From positions 6,634,001-6,698,000 of the forward strand of contig CM035359.1 of the NCBI GenBank assembly GCA_020137815.1: 64,000 nucleotides of DNA. The letters run 5' to 3'. The position numbers and the translations under genes were made by a program. This DNA is from Hormiphora californensis. Lineage: Eukaryota; Animalia; Ctenophora. A model generated the notes under the pieces. The model was not told the origin of the DNA. It was given only the letters and a program-made list of their open reading frames with translations, and did not search any database. This document shows, piece by piece, positions 45,381-58,280 of this stretch (within the stretch, counting starts at the first letter, position 1; each line of letters begins with the position of its first letter).

Positions 45381-46592
45381 ATGAGTTGCTGCGGCAAATA
45401 CTGTCTACTATCTCCCTCCCTCAAAAAACTAAAATTCATTGCTGCCTACGCTTCAGTCCTCCCCCTAATAACAATCTTTCTTGACATCTTTGATATCAGC
45501 GCTGACTGCTATTACTTTTTCAACCTTGAAAGGGGTCGTCTCCTAGACAACCGGATAACGCGAAACTCTGCCGTAGTGAACATGATTCTACTATTTGCCA
45601 CCCTAGGCATCATAAAGTCAATCACAACTATTGCCCTAGTCTGGGAAGCCGTGGATCTGGTAACTACTAAACTGGGAACACTGAGAGAGTTGCCGCGGGT
45701 CTGTGTCGAGGGACATGGGGATACAAAGCTGGTGCCAATTAACAAGGGAAAACCTAACCGGTTCATGGTGGTGAAACCTAAAACTACCAAAGGTGATGAG
45801 CGGAATATAGTCGATGAGACGACGGGGATGAATTTACGGGAGTTGGCCCAGGCGAATGTCAGGGACAATTTGCGAGATTTGGCGGAACGAAATGTGAGGA
45901 ATCACGCCCGGACCCAGTATGAGACCTCCAGCACAATTGTTCGTGATCCAGCACAACCTGGTGTCATGGGGGAATGCAGGGCTGCGTATGAGGCCAACAA
46001 GCGTATTTTAGAATCAGTAAGCGCCAAAAATCTGGCCAAATTTAAACCTTTGATTCTGATATTTGGGTTGGTTTTGGAGGATGCCGCGGAGACCATTCTG
46101 GAATACTTCTATGTTGACATGTATCTGGAGCGGAAAAACACACTGGTTATTTTCAATGCCACCCTGGTTGCCATAGCACTAACAGTCTCAATGCTGATGG
46201 AACTCAAGAATTTAGCAACTTCAAAATCTGCTGTTCGAGAGGTGTTTCACTACCGACAATCGGAGCGTTTTGTCTCTTTTGTTACTCTTCTACTCTACCT
46301 CCCTGTTGTTTCTGGTGCCCTAGGACAGACTATCAGAGCTTATCTGACCTGTCACCAGAGCTACCGGGGCACTATCCGACCGGAATGTTTCGAGGTTGTG
46401 GATGGAGCGCTAATTCAGCTGCCTTTTAGTTGTGCACGGGACTCAGAATGGCTCATGTTGGGCAGCATTGGGCTAGGGGTGGTCCTTGGGGTGGCGTGTT
46501 TGTTGCTGTTTTTGGGACTACGTTGTCAAAATGAGCAGGGTCATCATGTTCAAGAAAATGAAGAATCCGACGGTGAACTTGATCAGGCCTGA
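45381..46592 (+). CDS. Intronless multipass membrane protein of unknown family (403 aa)
   Basis: Long clean ORF with about 6 hydrophobic segments; DIFDISAD and LVLEDAAE motifs weakly reminiscent of XK-related/TMEM-type proteins. Confidence 0.7.
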   Translation: MSCCGKYCLLSPSLKKLKFIAAYASVLPLITIFLDIFDISADCYYFFNLERGRLLDNRITRNSAVVNMILLFATLGIIKSITTIALVWEAVDLVTTKLGTLRELPRVCVEGHGDTKLVPINKGKPNRFMVVKPKTTKGDERNIVDETTGMNLRELAQANVRDNLRDLAERNVRNHARTQYETSSTIVRDPAQPGVMGECRAAYEANKRILESVSAKNLAKFKPLILIFGLVLEDAAETILEYFYVDMYLERKNTLVIFNATLVAIALTVSMLMELKNLATSKSAVREVFHYRQSERFVSFVTLLLYLPVVSGALGQTIRAYLTCHQSYRGTIRPECFEVVDGALIQLPFSCARDSEWLMLGSIGLGVVLGVACLLLFLGLRCQNEQGHHVQENEESDGELDQA

Positions 46593-47367
46593 ATTTGATT
46601 TATATATGGAATTTTAGATCCATGATATGAGTTTATATGTTAGCAAATGCTTATTTTACAAACAATAGTCTATCGCTAGTTTCTATCAGATGCAGAGGTG
46701 GACCCAAGTGGTAGTTCTAAAATAGGTCGAACAAAAAATTGATTGTTAAAAGTTGTGCTGAAAATTTTGGCTGAAAATTTAAGTCAAAACACATTGATCC
46801 ATACGTACGTCATCATAAGTCCCTGAGGCGAGAAATTGCTTGTTAATATCATCTAGATCCTGCTCTTGGCGGGCTAGTTTCTGTCCGTACGCTTTTCCTC
46901 CCTGGTAATTCATGTTGCGCTAAACAGAGAGGGGTGGATGATTAGCTTCGAAAATTTCTTTTCTCAGTCATTGAATCGGAAAAGGAAACAAATAGAGAAA
47001 GGAAGATTCTAGTCAGATGAGAGAGGCTCAAGCAGCATAAATGAAAACTTTGAAACGCTTTGAAAGACTATAACTGCGGTAACACCTATCAGATGCAGCG
47101 CCTTATGTAAGGGGCATAATGAAAAAGGGACCAGTCTATTTAAATCATCATGAAGAGCGTAAACAAAGAATAAAACAATTGTCTCGTGGTATATGTTTAA
47201 CTCGAGAGAGATAAAGAGGGTTGAGAAAGGCAACTTGTCCTCTAGTATATCGGCAGTTGGGATTAAATTTCCCAAGTTAGCAAGTTTGTGTGTGAGAGAT
47301 AGTAATCTTATTGCAGCACATCGAAAGTGGGTCAGTAGTCGGACAAATATAGAGGGAGAAGGAGAGA

Positions 47368-47427
<60 letters not shown>

Positions 47428-47602
47428 ATTTAGGACTGAGGTATCGGAAAGGATCTGTGTGTTTGAATAAGATCAGACCTATCTGAATCAGACTGATGAG
47501 GACAAGTCTGGCGGGTAATACTACCTATATAGACTGCAGATGAAGAAGGAAGGAAAAGGGAATCTGTGAATCTCTAATAACATTGACAACGAAATACACT
47601 TT

Positions 47603-48251
47603 CAGAATAAAGAGATCTGAGCAAGAATTAAATAGGGAAGAAAATCGAAAAATACTGGGTTCGACCGGGAATTGAACCAGGGACCTCCAGAGAGACGCGC
47701 TCGATGCTCTACCACTGAGCTACCGAACCCCTGTACAGATCGCATTTCTTCACACTATATTCAAGCACATGCCCTTAGCTAGACACCATGTGATAGAGGA
47801 AGTAATTTTGATATCTCCTTCTGGTGATCAACACACACACACGCCCTCCGTACAACGGTTATATAGGGGAATCTCACACACACACGGGCAGATCTCGGAC
47901 AAGGAGAGATTAATTGATTATTCAGAATAAAGAGATCTGAGCAAGAATTAAATAGGGAAGAAAATCGAAAAATACTGGGTTCGACCGGGAATTGAACCAG
48001 GGACCTCCAGAGAGACGCGCTCGATGCTCTACCACTGAGCTACCGAACCCCTGTACAGATCGCATTTCTTCACACTATATTCAAGCACATGCCCTTAGCT
48101 AGACACCATGTGATAGAGGAAGTAATTTTGATATCTCCTTCTGGTGATCAACACACACACACGCCCTCCGTACAACGGTTATATAGGGGAATCTCACACA
48201 CACACGGGCAGATCTGCGGAGGGCGTGTGTGTGTGTTGATCACCAGAAGGA
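47603..48251 (-). mobile_element. Tandem (320-bp period) retroposon-like element with tRNA-like modules and a terminal inversion
   Basis: 12-bp flanking direct repeat GAAATACACTTT (47591-47602, 48252-48263); two copies of the unit; inverted ~37-bp segment at 48216-48253. Confidence 0.7.
47657..47730 (-). pseudogene. tRNA-like sequence (Pol III A/B boxes, degenerate anticodon arm); second copy at 47977-48050
   Basis: GGGTTCGG-TAGCTCAGTGGTAGAGC-...-CCTGGTTCAATTCCCGG-TCGAACCC followed by TTTTT. Acceptor, D and T arms fold; anticodon loop is non-canonical. Confidence 0.7.
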
Positions 48252-51200
48252 GAAATACACTTTACTCTAAAAACTGTCTGTCTGTCTGAGTGTTTGGTGA
48301 TTGTGTGTATGATGGAGAAACTGTTATTGAGAGTAGATAGTATATCAGGTTACAAGACAGTAAAATATAAAGCCTCTCGTAAAATTACAGCATTTAAATA
48401 CAGATGTGTGTGTATCACGATGACCCCTTCTCGTGGGGTCCTGCGAGCGGAGTGAAGAGATCTGTCAGGGGCCGTGCTATCGACACAAGTCACAGCTGCT
48501 GAAGGGCATTGCATCTGAGTAGTATTATAATAGTGGTCCATTGCATGATATCATAAGGCAAAACTCAAAAGTGATCTCATGGTTTTCGATCAGATTAAGT
48601 CTGTGCTGAACAAAGGGCATTCTAATGTGATTTTAGATTCCTATAGAGCATAAAATCTAGAGCTCTAAAAAGTATGCAAAAGTGTGCAGTAAAAATGTAC
48701 AAACAAGAATAACTGCATTATGTTTCCTAATGCTATGTTTCCCCGCCAACCTCTATTTTCATAACTATCTAAATCTAATGTGAAGGCGGGCCAGACATTT
48801 CTCATCATTTATCAATCACTCAAACCGTATGGAACTTGGCCTTGTGTAGCACTAAATTGCGTGCCACAATGCGCGGCTCACATTTCCTGAAAACGTGCCA
48901 TTGAAGTATTTGATGAAGGAGCAACACCGTTGTCCCTCGCAACTGAGCGTGTTACAGCCAGTTTTGTGACCGTGACACCTCACTAGTATGTAAACTTGTC
49001 GAATTCTAAACCCCTATGCCTTTTTACAAAAGGCATCCGGGTAAATGCCTTCGGCATTCACCCGGGCGGGGAAAAAATAACAAAAGAATTTGAAGGTGAT
49101 GTTATAACGTGGTCTTAGCTAAAAGAACTACGAACATAACCAATGATCTTTAGCTTTGATGAGGTGCTCCCTTCTTTTTTGAAAGCAAACTATACTATAC
49201 AATTCCCTTTGTCCACAACTGTTCAAATGCTAGAATATCAAATTTTATGCGTTTGCCTTGTATCACTAAAAACACTAAAAACTCCAGTCAAGTCAAGAAA
49301 TAGTTTAATGAAAACTATTTAGTGTTGTAGACTTGCAATTTTGTAAGTCTAGCAACACTAACTAGTTTGAATTGCAAAGGCTGCATCTTTTGACGAGGAT
49401 TAAGGGCTCACTAAACGAACAAATATTTGCATAGCTGGTGTGTGATATGCGAGTAATAATATGAACGGGGGGTAGAGATAGAGAGAGAGAGAGAGATAGG
49501 GGAATAGAGAGAGGAGAGGGAGAGAGAGAGAGGAGAGAGAGAGAGAGAGTGGGGAATAGAAGAGAGGGTGAGAGGGAAGAAGAGAGAGAGAGAGAGCGTA
49601 GAAGAAGAGAGAGTAGATGGGGATAGAGAGAATAGAGATGCCGGCGGAGTCGTCTGGGATCGAGCGTGATGAGGGCGCTCTCCTCTGATCGGTAGAGTCT
49701 CGGTCGATGCTCTGTAGTCATCTGAGGCCTCCTCGTCTCGCGCGCGCGTGCTTGCTGCTAGCTCTCTCGCGTTCGCTTCGTCCTGATCTCGTCTCTCTCT
49801 TCTCTCTCTCTCTCGCTCGCTTTGCTCTCTCTCGCTTCTCTCTCTCTTGCTCTCTCTCGCGTCTGCTCTTTCTCTCCTTCTCGTCTCTCTGCTGCTCTCT
49901 CTCTCCTCGCTCATCTTCGTCCCGCTCGCTCTTCTCTCGTCTTCTCTCCTCTGCGTCTGCGCGTCTTCTCTCTGCCGCGCGCTTCCTCTTTTCGCTGCCT
50001 CTTCTGCTGCTCTTCGCTGCGCTCTGCGCTCTCTCTCTCTCATGGAGCTTGGGCACTATGACGTTGTCACTCGTTCTTGACTCTTTATCGCGCTTTCACG
50101 CCTACTCTCAATCTTTTTGTGCTCTGCGTCCATCGGTGGCGTCACCTCTCGTCATTCGTCATCCTGCAATCTATTCCCATAACGCCTAGCTCTCTTCGGC
50201 AATCTCTAACTCATCTACTCCTCTCCGCGACTTATAAACTGACTCGGGTCGATCCGGTGTACATTTATATAGAATTCTGTCATCTTTTCTTGCGTCCTAT
50301 TTCGGCTATTTCCTCCTCGTCATGTCCCTATCAATTCATGTCTCTCCTCGACCTTTCATAACCCCGTATTCAGCATTCCGTATGGTCTCAGTACGCTCCC
50401 TTAATAGGTCACTCTCTCCGACTTCTACTGGCTTCAACGGCGGCTATTGACTTCAGGCATTTATCATTAACTATACCCTTAGCTTGCCATCTGTGAGTAT
50501 ATGAAGTGCATGCATACAGTTTCTACGTATGGCGTTTAAGAAATCAACGGGATGAGGTGAACTAGAATTGAATGTGAGGAATACCCGGCTGTCCTACTAT
50601 ACAAGTATTAGGACTGGAAGAACATTGATAAGTGAACACATTTTAAATGCAATATAAAAGAGATCGAACGAGTAACCTAACATTGTACAAGAGAATGCCA
50701 TTATTGGCAACATTAGTCAAGTGCAGAAAACCCAAAATTATAGAGCTGTTGATCATAATATAAAAAAGGTATTCCGATTCAAAGCTGGCTCCAACGGCAT
50801 ATTACTTGCAGGCAATTTAATCATTAACGTAACCCTTACACTCCACCACCTGTGTGGAGGTATTATTGCAAGTGCATGTCTATCAAGATTAGTGGAGCTG
50901 TGATCGCTATGCGGGATATATAAGAGGAGAAGTCAGGGAGTGTGAAGGAGTGAACTAGAATTTAGATAAATGTAAAAAAGAGGATACTACTTCCCGGCCC
51001 TTGTCCTTACTATTACCAATAATTTATTGAGACTTGAGAGATGAACATTGAACACAGGCAACCACCATTCTAGAACCTGGCAAGATAGGGTAGGTTAGTT
51101 AGGGTAAGATATTTATGAACACATTTTATAAAATAAACATTAGTTAAGATTCAGGGACCAGAGTAAAAGTAAGTCAAGCTGTAAAAATATAAAAAGTTTT

Positions 51201-51807
51201 AAAAACCAGATCTATACATACATATCTTGCAATACAACCAGAACTAGATAGTGGATATAAAATCATAAAAAGCAAGCTAAAAAACCGTATCGAGTTTAAT
51301 TTTAGGACTATCAAACCGTGTTATGTGTTTTTTTTGGATCGTCCCCGTGCTAACATTTGTCACTCCCTGTTACACAACATGTATCCTGGCCATGTATGTG
51401 CCACGGTTTGACAGATGTTATTTTCACAGCCACCTGTTTGACCCCGGTAGTGAGGGCCGGAATACTGCCTTTAGGTACCCAATCACTGGTACTCTGCCTA
51501 ATCATGCTGGCCATTACCTGTCTGGCGGTGCCGACCCGCTTTGAGTTTCAAAACCAAGGCCTGGCTCCGCCCTACAGGCAGTTACAGTATAAAATCAACC
51601 AGGCTTGTGGGCATAGCGTTTGACGGTACAACCTTAATGCACTTTGCAGCACAGATGAGTATAGTTTGGGGATGAGACTGGCAAGGACAATGTTCGTGAT
51701 GCTGCGTTATCGGTCATGAGTATCACGGAGTGAGCGCCGTATGCTGTTATGTTCTAACCCTGCTTTACATGCACGGAGTCGAGCATGGCAAGTCAAACCG
51801 CGTATTT

Positions 51808-53328
51808 TCATGAACATTTCCTGGCTTTCATGATCATCTTCACGGCATCTTTTGGTCGTGTGGTAACTTTTCCAATCACCTCTATATCCTTTATGTCCGG
51901 GTTGGGATTAACCAAATCAAAGTTTTGTATCATTCTAGCAAGTAAAACCTTCATTGCCACCATCGCAAAATTCTTTCCAACACAATACCGAGATCCAAGA
52001 GAGAATGGCATGAACGAATAGTTCATCCGCTTGACCGATGGGGCAAAACGATCAGGATTGAATTCCAGAGGGTCCTTCCAATATCTTGGGTCAACGTGTA
52101 TCACACTAGTAGGGATGAACAGCAAACTACCGTTGGGAAGGTGCCGACCTTTGTTGTATACCCCATCTCTAACTACCGCTCGATAAGTAACCCGGAGGGG
52201 TGGCTTCAACCGGAGGGTCTCCTTGATAACCATCTCGAGATATCGTAACTCATTCAAGTCCTCAAACTCAACCACGGTCCGTGACCCGAGAACCTGTTTA
52301 ACTTCCGCCTGTACTCTAGCCCGGACAGCGGGGTAAATGGAGAGGTAGAACGTGGCGATGGAAAGAGTTATAGCAGTGCCCTCCATGCCTGCCAACAGGA
52401 ATGTGATGTACTCATCAACCAGATTTTCAATGTCCAAGTCCTCCGACACTTGGTTAGCTTTGGTAATGTGGGAGAGAATGTTTGGCTCCGTTCCATCCAT
52501 GTTGGCGATTTGGTACTCCAAGTGTCCCTTGATGATGTGCCGGATTTTCTGGATGGTCTCATTCAAGGCTTTCTTCTCCGATCGTCTACAGAAGGGAAGG
52601 TTTATTGTGAATGGTTCACTGAATCCAAGCTGTATCACCTTTAGTCCTTCTCGTATGGCTTCCCGTATAGTTTTACCGTGTCTCTCTATCATATCCATAG
52701 ACCAGTCGAATCCGCAACCAGAGATGGTAGAAAACGAAGCCTCTTCAAAATAATCAGAAATATCAAACGCCTCCCCCTCAGCTCCTTCCTCCGTGAAATG
52801 TTGAACGAGATTGTCTGCGGTCATGTTCACTTTTCTCATCATTGTCCTCAGAAAGTTTCTATGGAAAGCCGGATCAATAACTTTCCGCTTTTTTGCCCAT
52901 ATCTCCGTTCCGGGGTCGTGAAGTAGTCCATACTTACCAAGGAGTCGCACACCACCGATACTAGTAAACATCTTGTACACGATGGGGGATTTGTGGAAAC
53001 TATGGCGATCAGTTAAAATTTGTCCAACCATGTCCAAATCATTGACATATAGGAAGACTTTGGCAAATATAGGAGCTGCCAATATATCCCATTCGTTCTC
53101 CTGTGCGATGTGAGATAATATCTCGAACAATTGATGAGACTTTCCTGCGTCAATAAGAACTTTCTCCCTTCGCCTAATTTCACTCAACCCACCCGCAACC
53201 CAGGAAAATCCAAACTTAACTGGCATCGAAGGGAAATGCTTGTACTTTCGGCGTACATTCCAAACGTATGCGTGGAGCAGAGTGTATGCCGCGAGGAGAC
53301 ACGCAATCAACCATGTTGATAGAAACAT
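51808..53328 (-). CDS. Cytochrome P450, CYP46-like (clan 46), intronless (506 aa)
   Basis: N-terminal anchor, W...R (WAKKR), I-helix AGMEGT, ETLR, FNPDRF, heme motif FSLGSRYCVG. Confidence 0.92.
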   Translation of the reverse strand: MFLSTWLIACLLAAYTLLHAYVWNVRRKYKHFPSMPVKFGFSWVAGGLSEIRRREKVLIDAGKSHQLFEILSHIAQENEWDILAAPIFAKVFLYVNDLDMVGQILTDRHSFHKSPIVYKMFTSIGGVRLLGKYGLLHDPGTEIWAKKRKVIDPAFHRNFLRTMMRKVNMTADNLVQHFTEEGAEGEAFDISDYFEEASFSTISGCGFDWSMDMIERHGKTIREAIREGLKVIQLGFSEPFTINLPFCRRSEKKALNETIQKIRHIIKGHLEYQIANMDGTEPNILSHITKANQVSEDLDIENLVDEYITFLLAGMEGTAITLSIATFYLSIYPAVRARVQAEVKQVLGSRTVVEFEDLNELRYLEMVIKETLRLKPPLRVTYRAVVRDGVYNKGRHLPNGSLLFIPTSVIHVDPRYWKDPLEFNPDRFAPSVKRMNYSFMPFSLGSRYCVGKNFAMVAMKVLLARMIQNFDLVNPNPDIKDIEVIGKVTTRPKDAVKMIMKARKCS

Positions 53329-54057
53329 TCTGGAAACAATCGTCAGATAAAATTACTGCAGGGCTAATTACAGAGGTAACAAGTGGATTTTTGCAGCGAA
53401 ACAAATAATCTTCATCTTCTATATTTCTGGATATACAACCTAGAATTATCCAGAACATCAAAATGAATGGAATGGCAGGAATGTGCATTGATGATCTGTT
53501 TGATAAAAACAGTGGACCGAGTAGATGCTATATCGCGAGATAGTAACTGATACAGATCACACAGAGAAAGATATTTCGAGAGAAAAAGTAAATAAATAAA
53601 TGCAATTGCTCTATTAATGATTTAGGCGGAAATTGGCCTGGCACATCAAACAGTAGGGAAGCTTCGAACAGACTGTATCTGACAGTATCCTGAGTCTTCT
53701 AAAAATGTTTTATAAATTTATTGGTTTATACTAGTACCATTTTATTTTAACCAGCTCAGGGAGGATACTATCCAATGATGGCGATATCAAGAGGCTAATG
53801 GAAGATCGTGTGCTGTGGCGGACCGAACTGACTGCTCGGACAATGAAGCCGCCTTAAGTCAAGTAAGTCAAGTCAGTACCATTATATCGTTGTTTTTCTT
53901 GTTAACAAGATTATTTGCGTTATATTCAAACAATCAAAAATGTTATATGCAGCTTCATATCACGCGACTGGGAAACTTGCAGAGCTGAAGCTGAAATCAT
54001 GTGATTAGATTCGCCTTCGCAGCAGACGGGCCACAAAATCCCGATAATTTATTATTA

Positions 54058-55525
54058 TATATACCCTGCTAACTTAAATAATGCGCCAGTCCCACTAGCG
54101 CGCTCTCGATAACCAGCCAGTCCAGCGGCAGATTATTTCCCACTGGCAGGTTATTTATTTTTAACTCCTATGTTACATTCAAAGTGTGTGTAAATGATCA
54201 GTTCTTACTGAAATACAGAGGGAACACTGTTTGGAAGAGTTACACACTAAATTGGAGAGAAAGAAACAACACATTCCGCCAATTACTCTCTCTTTATCTT
54301 CCCTTTTGTTTCACTATCTCAATTCCTCTGTGTTATGTCTGGCATGCCCCATATCTTGTTATTTCTTTCTCTCTCTCCTTAGTAACTGTTACCAAACAAT
54401 GTACACTCAATTGAGAGATGTTTTTGACTGTTTCTCAGTTCTCTTTGTGTGTTTTGATTAGTGTTCTCTCTCTTGTTAGTGTGTAATACTTGTAACAAAC
54501 AACTAAAGCAGGGTATATAACCTATAAACTCTTGCCACAGACGCGTTATAGGTTTAAACCCCTCCGCCTCTCCCTCGGCTACGCCTCGGGATCGTCGTCG
54601 TGATTTAAACCAGTTTATCCGCCAGTGGCGGATAAACTACAGCTACCTTCTCCCAGCGGCGCGCTGGGAGAAAGGTATCTGAAATAACGCGCCACTGGCA
54701 AGAGTTTATACCTCATATATAGTACATAACTCCCTCCCGCGCGGGCATATAATCAATAGACGCACTGCAGAGCAGTGCGTCTATTGAGCTGTAGAGCACG
54801 GGTCCCGAAGGGACCGTGCATTACAGCCCTGTAAATCCCGAGCGTCAGCGAGGGGTTTACAGGTATATACCCTGCTAACTTAAATAACCCGCCAGTCCCA
54901 CTAGCGCGCTCTCAATAAACAGCCAGTCCAGCGGCAGATTATTTCCCACTGGCAGGTTATTTATTTTGAACATTCAAAGTGTGTGTAAATGATCAGTTCT
55001 TACTAAAATACAGAGGGAACACTATGTGCAACACTTACACACTACATTGGAGAGAAAGAAAGGACACATTCCGTCAATTACTCTCTCTTTATCTCCCCTT
55101 TTGTCTCACTATCTCTTCCTCTGTGTTATGTGTGACATGCCCCTTATCAGGCTATTTCTTTCACTCTCTTTCCTTAGCAACTGCTTAGTAACTGTTACCA
55201 AACAGTGTACACTCAATTGTGAGGTGTTTTAACTATTTCTCAGTCCTCTTTGAGTGTTTTGATTAGTGTTCTCTCTCTTGTTGGTGTGTAATACTTGAAA
55301 TAAACAACTAAAGCAGGGTATATAACCTATAAACTCTGACCACTGGCACGTTATAGGTTTAAACCCCTCCGCCTCTCCCTCGGCTCCGCCTCGGGATCGT
55401 CGTCGTGATTTAAACCAGTTTATCCGCCAGCGGCGGATAAACTTCAGCTAACTTCTCCCAGCGGCGCGCTGGGAGAAAGTTATCTGAAATAACGCGCCAG
55501 TGGCCAGAGTTTATACCTCATATAT
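54058..55525. repeat. Long direct repeats (54058-54720, 54864-55525) flanking a 143-bp triple-hairpin core; probable non-autonomous mobile element
   Basis: Two ~660-bp copies, each with an internal inverted pair TATATACCCTGCT / AGCAGGGTATATA and GC-rich hairpins. Confidence 0.8.
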
Positions 55526-55950
55526 CATACAATGAAATTACCCCTCTGTTATTATTGCTCTGTATGCAATAAAATGGGTGACTTCGTAACCAAATATAAT
55601 TATAATCGCTTGTTTTAGGAGCACTAAATTGTGCGCCAATGGTGAATGGTCAATTTATGAAGAAGCAGTTTGTTGATGTGTGGCTCTAGTTGCTGCACGT
55701 TCCCTCTCGCAACAAAAGTGGGACACTTTCTATGATCAATCTACATAATATACAGATTACAATTAGTATGTCAAAAGTGTCATTTTGAATTGAAGCCCTA
55801 CAATCACATTTTGCAAAGCAAAAAGGCGATCCCGGTGAATGCCTACCCAGGCAAGGACAAAAACTGCATAGTGCGCTATAAGATGCAACAAATAATGAAG
55901 GTGGAGGAATAGTAGGATCGACTGCATGGGATCCATTACATGTATCTCTA

Positions 55951-56069
<119 letters not shown>

Positions 56070-56176
56070 TCCCTCTCTCTCTCTCTCTCACCATTCGGTT
56101 GGTGCAGTGGGCAGTGGGATTGGCCGCCGCTATTCAGTGCTCAGAGGACTGTTATACACAAATACGTTACTGGTGG

Positions 56177-56223
<47 letters not shown>

Positions 56224-56688
56224 AGATAAAGAGAGAGTACGAGAGAGAAGTAGATAGCGAGAGGAGATGGCCGGACGCCCGGGCTCCTGGCTCGTCTCCC
56301 GGCCCTGCCAAAAGAGAGAGCGGGAGAAAGGGGTCAGTCCCCATGTTTCTCTAAGTGTTTGCAATTAGCAGGACAGGAACAGCTTTATAACACACGTGCA
56401 CTGAATTGGACTCGAAGCTATGTAGCAGCGCACATGACCTCACTATACCTCACTATACCGTTATTTTCCATATTTGATCATTTTTTATTACTCGAATTGC
56501 TGGAAGTAAGAGTTCTGTTTAAACGTACATGGAGACAGTATAATACGGGATTCAGGAATTTTTGGATTTGGCAATATTTAAAGTAAACATACCAAAACGA
56601 AGTCCAACTGGAGAGTCAGTGAGGGAAAAGGGAGAGAAATACAGAAAAAGCGAAAGAGAAAGAAAGAAAGAGAGAGCGACAGAGAAAA

Positions 56689-56753
<65 letters not shown>

Positions 56754-58171
56754 TAGAGAGCTAAGAGAGAGGTAAACAGCAGTATACAAAATGGCAGTGC
56801 ATTGTGAATATAAGCAAGTCACACGTCCCTTTTCATCATCTCTCTAGAGATCTGACTGTAGAGTCAAGTTGAGAGAGAGTGTGTGTGTGGACACTATAAC
56901 ACAGGATGGGGTTGAGCTAAACTTTCTCGTGTCACACCGTCATTTTAATTGGAATATTGGCTGAATCTACTGCGGTATACACCAATTCAGGCGGCGCTTG
57001 AAAGGCACGAAAAATATGATTATGAGCGTGTGTTAGAAATTCAATGTACTCCAATTGTGTAACAGCAGAACTCTGGCCGAGAACTGCCAGAGATCTGCAG
57101 AGAGTAAGACACTGGACAGAATAATATGTCAAAGAGATGACAAGTAATGGGTTTCCGGGGGAAAAGGGAGAGAATATTTTAAAAAGGGGGGGGAAAGGGG
57201 GGAAGAGAGAGAGGCTAAAAAAAAGCGGGGGGGAGGGGGGGGAGAGGAAAAAGCTTAAAAAAGGGGGCCGGGGGGAGAGGAGGAAAAGTTAAAAAAAGCG
57301 AGAGGGGGAGGGGAGGAGGAGAGAGAGGAGGGGGTTATGGGGGAAAGTTGTGGGGGAAAGTGTTGGGGGGCAAAGTTTTTGGCAAAAAAAAGGGGGGGGG
57401 GATAAAAAGGGGGAATAAACGGGGGGGCTTTTTCTAAAATTGGGGGGGGGGAAATTTGGGGGGGGGGGGTAGGGGTCGGGGGGGGGGGGGGGAAGGGAAC
57501 AGGCGGGAAAGGGGGCCCGAGGGGGAAACCATTTTCGGGGGGGGGTTTTTTTCGGGGGGCCAAACAAAAAAACATAAATTTTTTGTCCTTTTTAATCAAA
57601 GGGGGAAATTATTAAAAAAAAAGGGGGGGGGGGGGGCCCTTTTTCCGGGGAAAAGGATTGGGGACCCAAATTTTGGAAAATAAACCCTGGGGGGCCCCCC
57701 TTCCCTTTTAATGGGGGGGGAGAATAGAGAGAGGGTAGGGGAAGAGGGGGGGGGACGGAGAGAAGGGGAAAGGGGGAAAAAATAAAAAAATAAGATGAAA
57801 GGAACGGGAAGCAACTACTAGAGATGTCAAGAGATCTTGTTATCATTCTAGTGTTTTTTAGTCACTTCAACACACCAACACCCCCACACTCACCCCACCA
57901 AACAAACCCCCAAAAACACTCTTTTCCCCCTCATTTTCCCCATCTTTTCCCCCCCTCTCTTTCTATCTATATCTTTCTATCTTTCTCTCCTTCGCAGATC
58001 ATTCTTTCTCTCTTTTCTCTCCTACTTCCTCACTATCTCTGTCTCTCGTTCTCCCATTACATGATCGACAACTACATTATCAGTTTTAAGTGTGTCAAAG
58101 AAAAATACACTTATTGGAATGGGGAACAATTTGCAGCGATCTCAACAAAAAGGCAACAGACATGTTTGAAC

Positions 58172-58280
58172 CAGGAACCGACCGAATCAGGAAATACTAG
58201 TCCCTGATTGGCTGATAACCAGTCACGTGACCTAAATAACGAGTTCTGATTGGTTGTTTACGTGTTTCGGTCGGTTCCTG
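58172..58280 (-). mobile_element. 109-bp hAT-type MITE, copy 3 (reverse orientation)
   Basis: Same TIRs; TSD GTTTGAAC / GTTTCAAC (1 mismatch). Confidence 0.8.

Noticed and set aside
47657-48050. Functional tRNA genes
   Set aside because: The anticodon arm is mispaired with a non-canonical loop, and both copies sit inside a TSD-flanked repeat.
49411-51300. 210-aa R/E-rich ORF and scrambled near-duplicates
   Set aside because: Looks like degenerate GA/CT microsatellite and low-quality consensus sequence; probably partly an assembly artefact.
57150-57800. G/A homopolymer-rich tract (G-quadruplex or Pro-rich ORFs); similar tract at ~20500-20830
   Set aside because: The homopolymer-inflated pattern is typical of poor-quality reads and cannot support a biological claim.
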